Origin: Candidatus Moanibacter sp.
Lineage (GTDB): Bacteria > Verrucomicrobiota > Verrucomicrobiia > Opitutales > UBA2987
Direction of reading: 5' to 3'
Length of the DNA: 41,771 nt
Assembly: GCA_965215885.1 (NCBI GenBank)
Contig: CBDCEW010000073.1
Location: forward strand, 1-41,771
A program made the position numbers and the translations under genes. Shown here piece by piece: positions 40,249 through 41,771 of this stretch. The notes under the pieces were generated by a model that ran no database searches, was not told the origin of the DNA, and was given only the letters and a program-made list of their open reading frames with translations. Position 1 is the stretch's first letter. Every line of letters begins with the position of its first letter.

Positions 40249-41771
40249 GTGTGGCGGAGCGCAATAGTTCGAAACTTCGAAGCTGATCCGGTCTCTGAAG
40301 TTCGATTTAGATTTCTCCTCTTGGCGCCGCTTTTAGTTGGATTTGCGCTGAGGCTCCATGGCTTGTCGGATCAGGTCATTCTCGATGATGAATGGCATGG
40401 TTTGGAGTTCGTGACAGGCAGATCCTTCGGTTTCCTGCTGACGCATTTCGGAATAGGAGCGACTTGCATCCCCCTAAATCTCTACCGATTCGCTCTCTTT
40501 CATTCGATCGGTTGGTCGGAAGTGCTTCTGAAGCTTCCCGCAATTATCCCCGGGCTCTTCAGCCTTCTCATTTTTCCGTTCATGGTGAAGAGGATCTTTG
40601 GGAGTCGAATCGCACTACTATTTACTTGGCTCCTGGCTATCGCCCCGTTCCTCATCTTTTACAGCCGGGTGCTTCGTCCCTACAGCATGGTCGCGTTCTT
40701 AACTTTTGCAGCCATTTGGACAGCCTACATTTGGATGAAAACCGGGGAGAGGAGATACCTGATCTGCTATGGCTTAGCAGCGGTCCTGGCAGTCTATTTC
40801 CATCTTTTCGCTGCAATCGCGGTGTTCGCTCCCTTGGGGTGTGGCGTGCTGCTGAAAATCTTCCCTTCATTTTTCGGACGAATTGGAGAAGGAGAAGAGA
40901 TAATACCTTCGGTGTGGGCTGTCTCATCGAGCGGCGTTTCGGTCGCCCTCATAGTTTCCCTGCTTATCGTGCCCGCATTCTACAACTCCGCACTGCCAAC
41001 CCTGTTGCACATCGATCACATTACGATAAGATCGTTATGGGAGTTTGCCTCTATGCTCAGTGGCACGGCGAACCCGCTTCTCGTTGTGATTTTAACCGCG
41101 TTGGGCGCAGGCGGTTTGATAGTCCTTATATTTAGAGTTCCCTTACTCGGTCTGACAGTCGGTTCAATTTGGATTCTATATTTCCTCCTTTTGGTTGTCA
41201 CGGGACCAAACTTTATTAGTGCCGCAATCGTAATTTCCCGGTATCTGATTTCCCTCTTTCCTTTGAATTTTCTCCTCGTTGCGGTGGGCGTGGAGAGTTT
41301 GCTTGCTGAGTCTCAGTGCCGTTCCCTGTTCCGAAATCGGTTTGGTATTGTAGGATTTGTCCTTCGCTCAGGCCTGGTTGGAGGCCTGATACTGTTCGGA
41401 CCCTTGTGGAGAGTCTACTATCCTGCAAACAACTTCACTAACCATTCTGCCTTCGAGGAATCCTACAGGCCGATGCGTTGGGATCGTTCATACGAAAGTG
41501 ATACGTTTCCAGGCAATATTCAGGTCACTGAGAAGTACGTCTCGTCTTTTTATCGGAATTTGGCTTCCGAAGTGGGCGTAAAACGCGTCATCGAGTATCC
41601 CATGCAGATGGGCGACCATTTTAATCTCCATTACTACACTCAGCATTTTCACGAGAAGGAAGTCGTGATTGGCTATATCACAGGTCTTGATGTCCCGGAT
41701 ACGCCCTCTACGGGATTGATATTCGGAGATATACCCTGCGACTACGTATTCAGCCGACTGACCGATACGAG
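40249..41771 (+). CDS. GT-C (PMT/ArnT-like) polytopic membrane glycosyltransferase, runs off the window end
   Basis: Not in the ORF track. Read manually, the frame is open from GTG 40249 (AAGGAG RBS) to the end. ALRLHGLSDQVILDDEWH, APFLIFYSRVLRPYS, YFH, SRYL, many TM segments. Confidence 0.82.
   Translation, partial: MWRSAIVRNFEADPVSEVRFRFLLLAPLLVGFALRLHGLSDQVILDDEWHGLEFVTGRSFGFLLTHFGIGATCIPLNLYRFALFHSIGWSEVLLKLPAIIPGLFSLLIFPFMVKRIFGSRIALLFTWLLAIAPFLIFYSRVLRPYSMVAFLTFAAIWTAYIWMKTGERRYLICYGLAAVLAVYFHLFAAIAVFAPLGCGVLLKIFPSFFGRIGEGEEIIPSVWAVSSSGVSVALIVSLLIVPAFYNSALPTLLHIDHITIRSLWEFASMLSGTANPLLVVILTALGAGGLIVLIFRVPLLGLTVGSIWILYFLLLVVTGPNFISAAIVISRYLISLFPLNFLLVAVGVESLLAESQCRSLFRNRFGIVGFVLRSGLVGGLILFGPLWRVYYPANNFTNHSAFEESYRPMRWDRSYESDTFPGNIQVTEKYVSSFYRNLASEVGVKRVIEYPMQMGDHFNLHYYTQHFHEKEVVIGYITGLDVPDTPSTGLIFGDIPCDYVFSRLTDT

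Noticed and set aside
40392..41135. 247-aa ORF in the track
   Set aside because: Wrong frame; the real membrane protein is in the frame starting at 40249.

Overview
Bacterial window, probably Verrucomicrobia/Opitutae-like (inferred from gene style only). The left third is housekeeping: Ogg-type glycosylase, UvrD/PcrA, proB, frr, pyrH, tRNA-Gln, hflX, ppdK, tatC and a class III cyclase. Several intergenic gaps hold periodic micro-repeats, REP-like hairpins and a 98-bp dispersed repeat. The middle has five IS elements (IS4, two copies of an IS5/ISNCY-like element, an IS701-like element with an AbrB-like frameshift leader, ISL3). It also has metX, metY, two NCS2 permeases, an FAD oxidoreductase, and two IS-disrupted genes (YHS protein, TMTC-like TPR glycosyltransferase). 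The right end carries the most interesting system, a 2-aminoethylphosphonate (AEP) biosynthesis and tailoring cluster. It comprises a cytidylyltransferase-LicD fusion, a CDP-alcohol phosphotransferase with an altered motif, a histidine phosphatase, a frameshifted PEP mutase, phosphonopyruvate decarboxylase and a convergent AEP transaminase. The cluster lies between two GT-C-type membrane glycosyltransferase genes. It directly follows a ~110-bp sequence homologous to the end of an IS91-like remnant at the window start. All calls are by eye; no searches were run.
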